DNA of 64,000 nucleotides from Basidiobolus meristosporus CBS 931.73. Its lineage: Eukaryota > Fungi > Basidiobolomycota. Positions within the stretch are counted from its first letter, which is position 1. Each line of letters opens with the position of its first letter. The notes beneath the pieces were generated by a model. That model did not search any database and was not told the origin of the DNA. It saw only the letters and a list, made by a program, of their open reading frames with translations. The stretch spans positions 1 through 64,000 of the forward strand of contig MCFE01000232.1 of assembly GCA_002104905.1 (NCBI GenBank), given 5' to 3'. Below, piece by piece: positions 63,448 through 64,000 of the stretch. Both the position numbers and the translations under genes were made by a program.

Positions 63448-64000
63448 TTCTATGCGATATTAATTCTCGAGACGTTTAATTTTTCCTGTAATTCGACCAA
63501 GCTGTTGGTAGCACCAATGCATTAATAGAACTTCCTATCAAATATCCAGAGTTGCTCTTCTATCCTTCACGTCGTCCATTTAATTTCGAGGAACGCTCTT
63601 TACCACGCAATCACTGGTTTCATGTTACTATATCAGTGCGCGAGTGTCATTTGCCAAAAGCTTGCTGGATCACATTTTGGGGATAGAAAGCATGAGGCAG
63701 TGTAACCCCGAATTATTGCATTAGGTGCTTTCCATACGACTCGTGCCATTCTGGGATATGGGAGAATCACCACTTTTATTGGTTTGCATTGGTATTGTAC
63801 AGTACCACCAACATACGGGAGTGATTTACCTGATTTAATGACTTAATGTATGTTGCATACGGGCATACAAAAGCGTGGCAACAAATACCGGGTGAAACCA
63901 ATGCCAAGAACAAGCCGTCAGTCCCTTCCAATCTTTGCGAATGCCGGACTGCGGAAGTCACAATGAGGCCTTGCTACGGAGAAGGAGAGCTGGCCCACTG

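Noticed and set aside
63776-63961. 61-aa minus-strand ORF at the window end
   Set aside because: No recognisable features and it cannot be evaluated without the sequence beyond the window.
1-64000. CRISPR array, rRNA or prokaryotic/endosymbiont insert
   Set aside because: No regularly spaced repeat-spacer units or rRNA-like sequence were seen, and the multi-exon genes carry spliceosomal introns with no operon-like block.

Overview
Eukaryotic, intron-containing fungal DNA. An early-diverging fungus such as Mucoromycota is inferred from intron style and protein sequences, not proven. The window has two compartments. (1) About 1-45,900 is a CpG-depleted graveyard of nested, inactivated transposons. 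It holds many copies of one CMC/CACTA-type DNA transposon (Tnp2-like transposase plus a divergently oriented accessory gene, CCCTATGAAAAAT TIRs; one end-to-end copy at 24533-30311), two Ty1/Copia families with a Ty5/copia-type half-tRNA-iMet PBS, one truncated Ty3/Gypsy element, solo LTRs of four families and a 209-bp MITE. (2) About 46,100-64,000 is CpG-normal genic DNA with a DH-PH RhoGEF, a compact CreA/Mig1-type C2H2 repressor, proteasome lid subunit Rpn9, an orphan small ORF, and an adjacent co-oriented pair of sterol genes (ERG3 C-5 desaturase, ERG1 squalene epoxidase). No prokaryotic features, CRISPR arrays, rRNA or tRNA genes were found. Boundaries and identities were read by eye and are approximate unless termini or TSDs are quoted.
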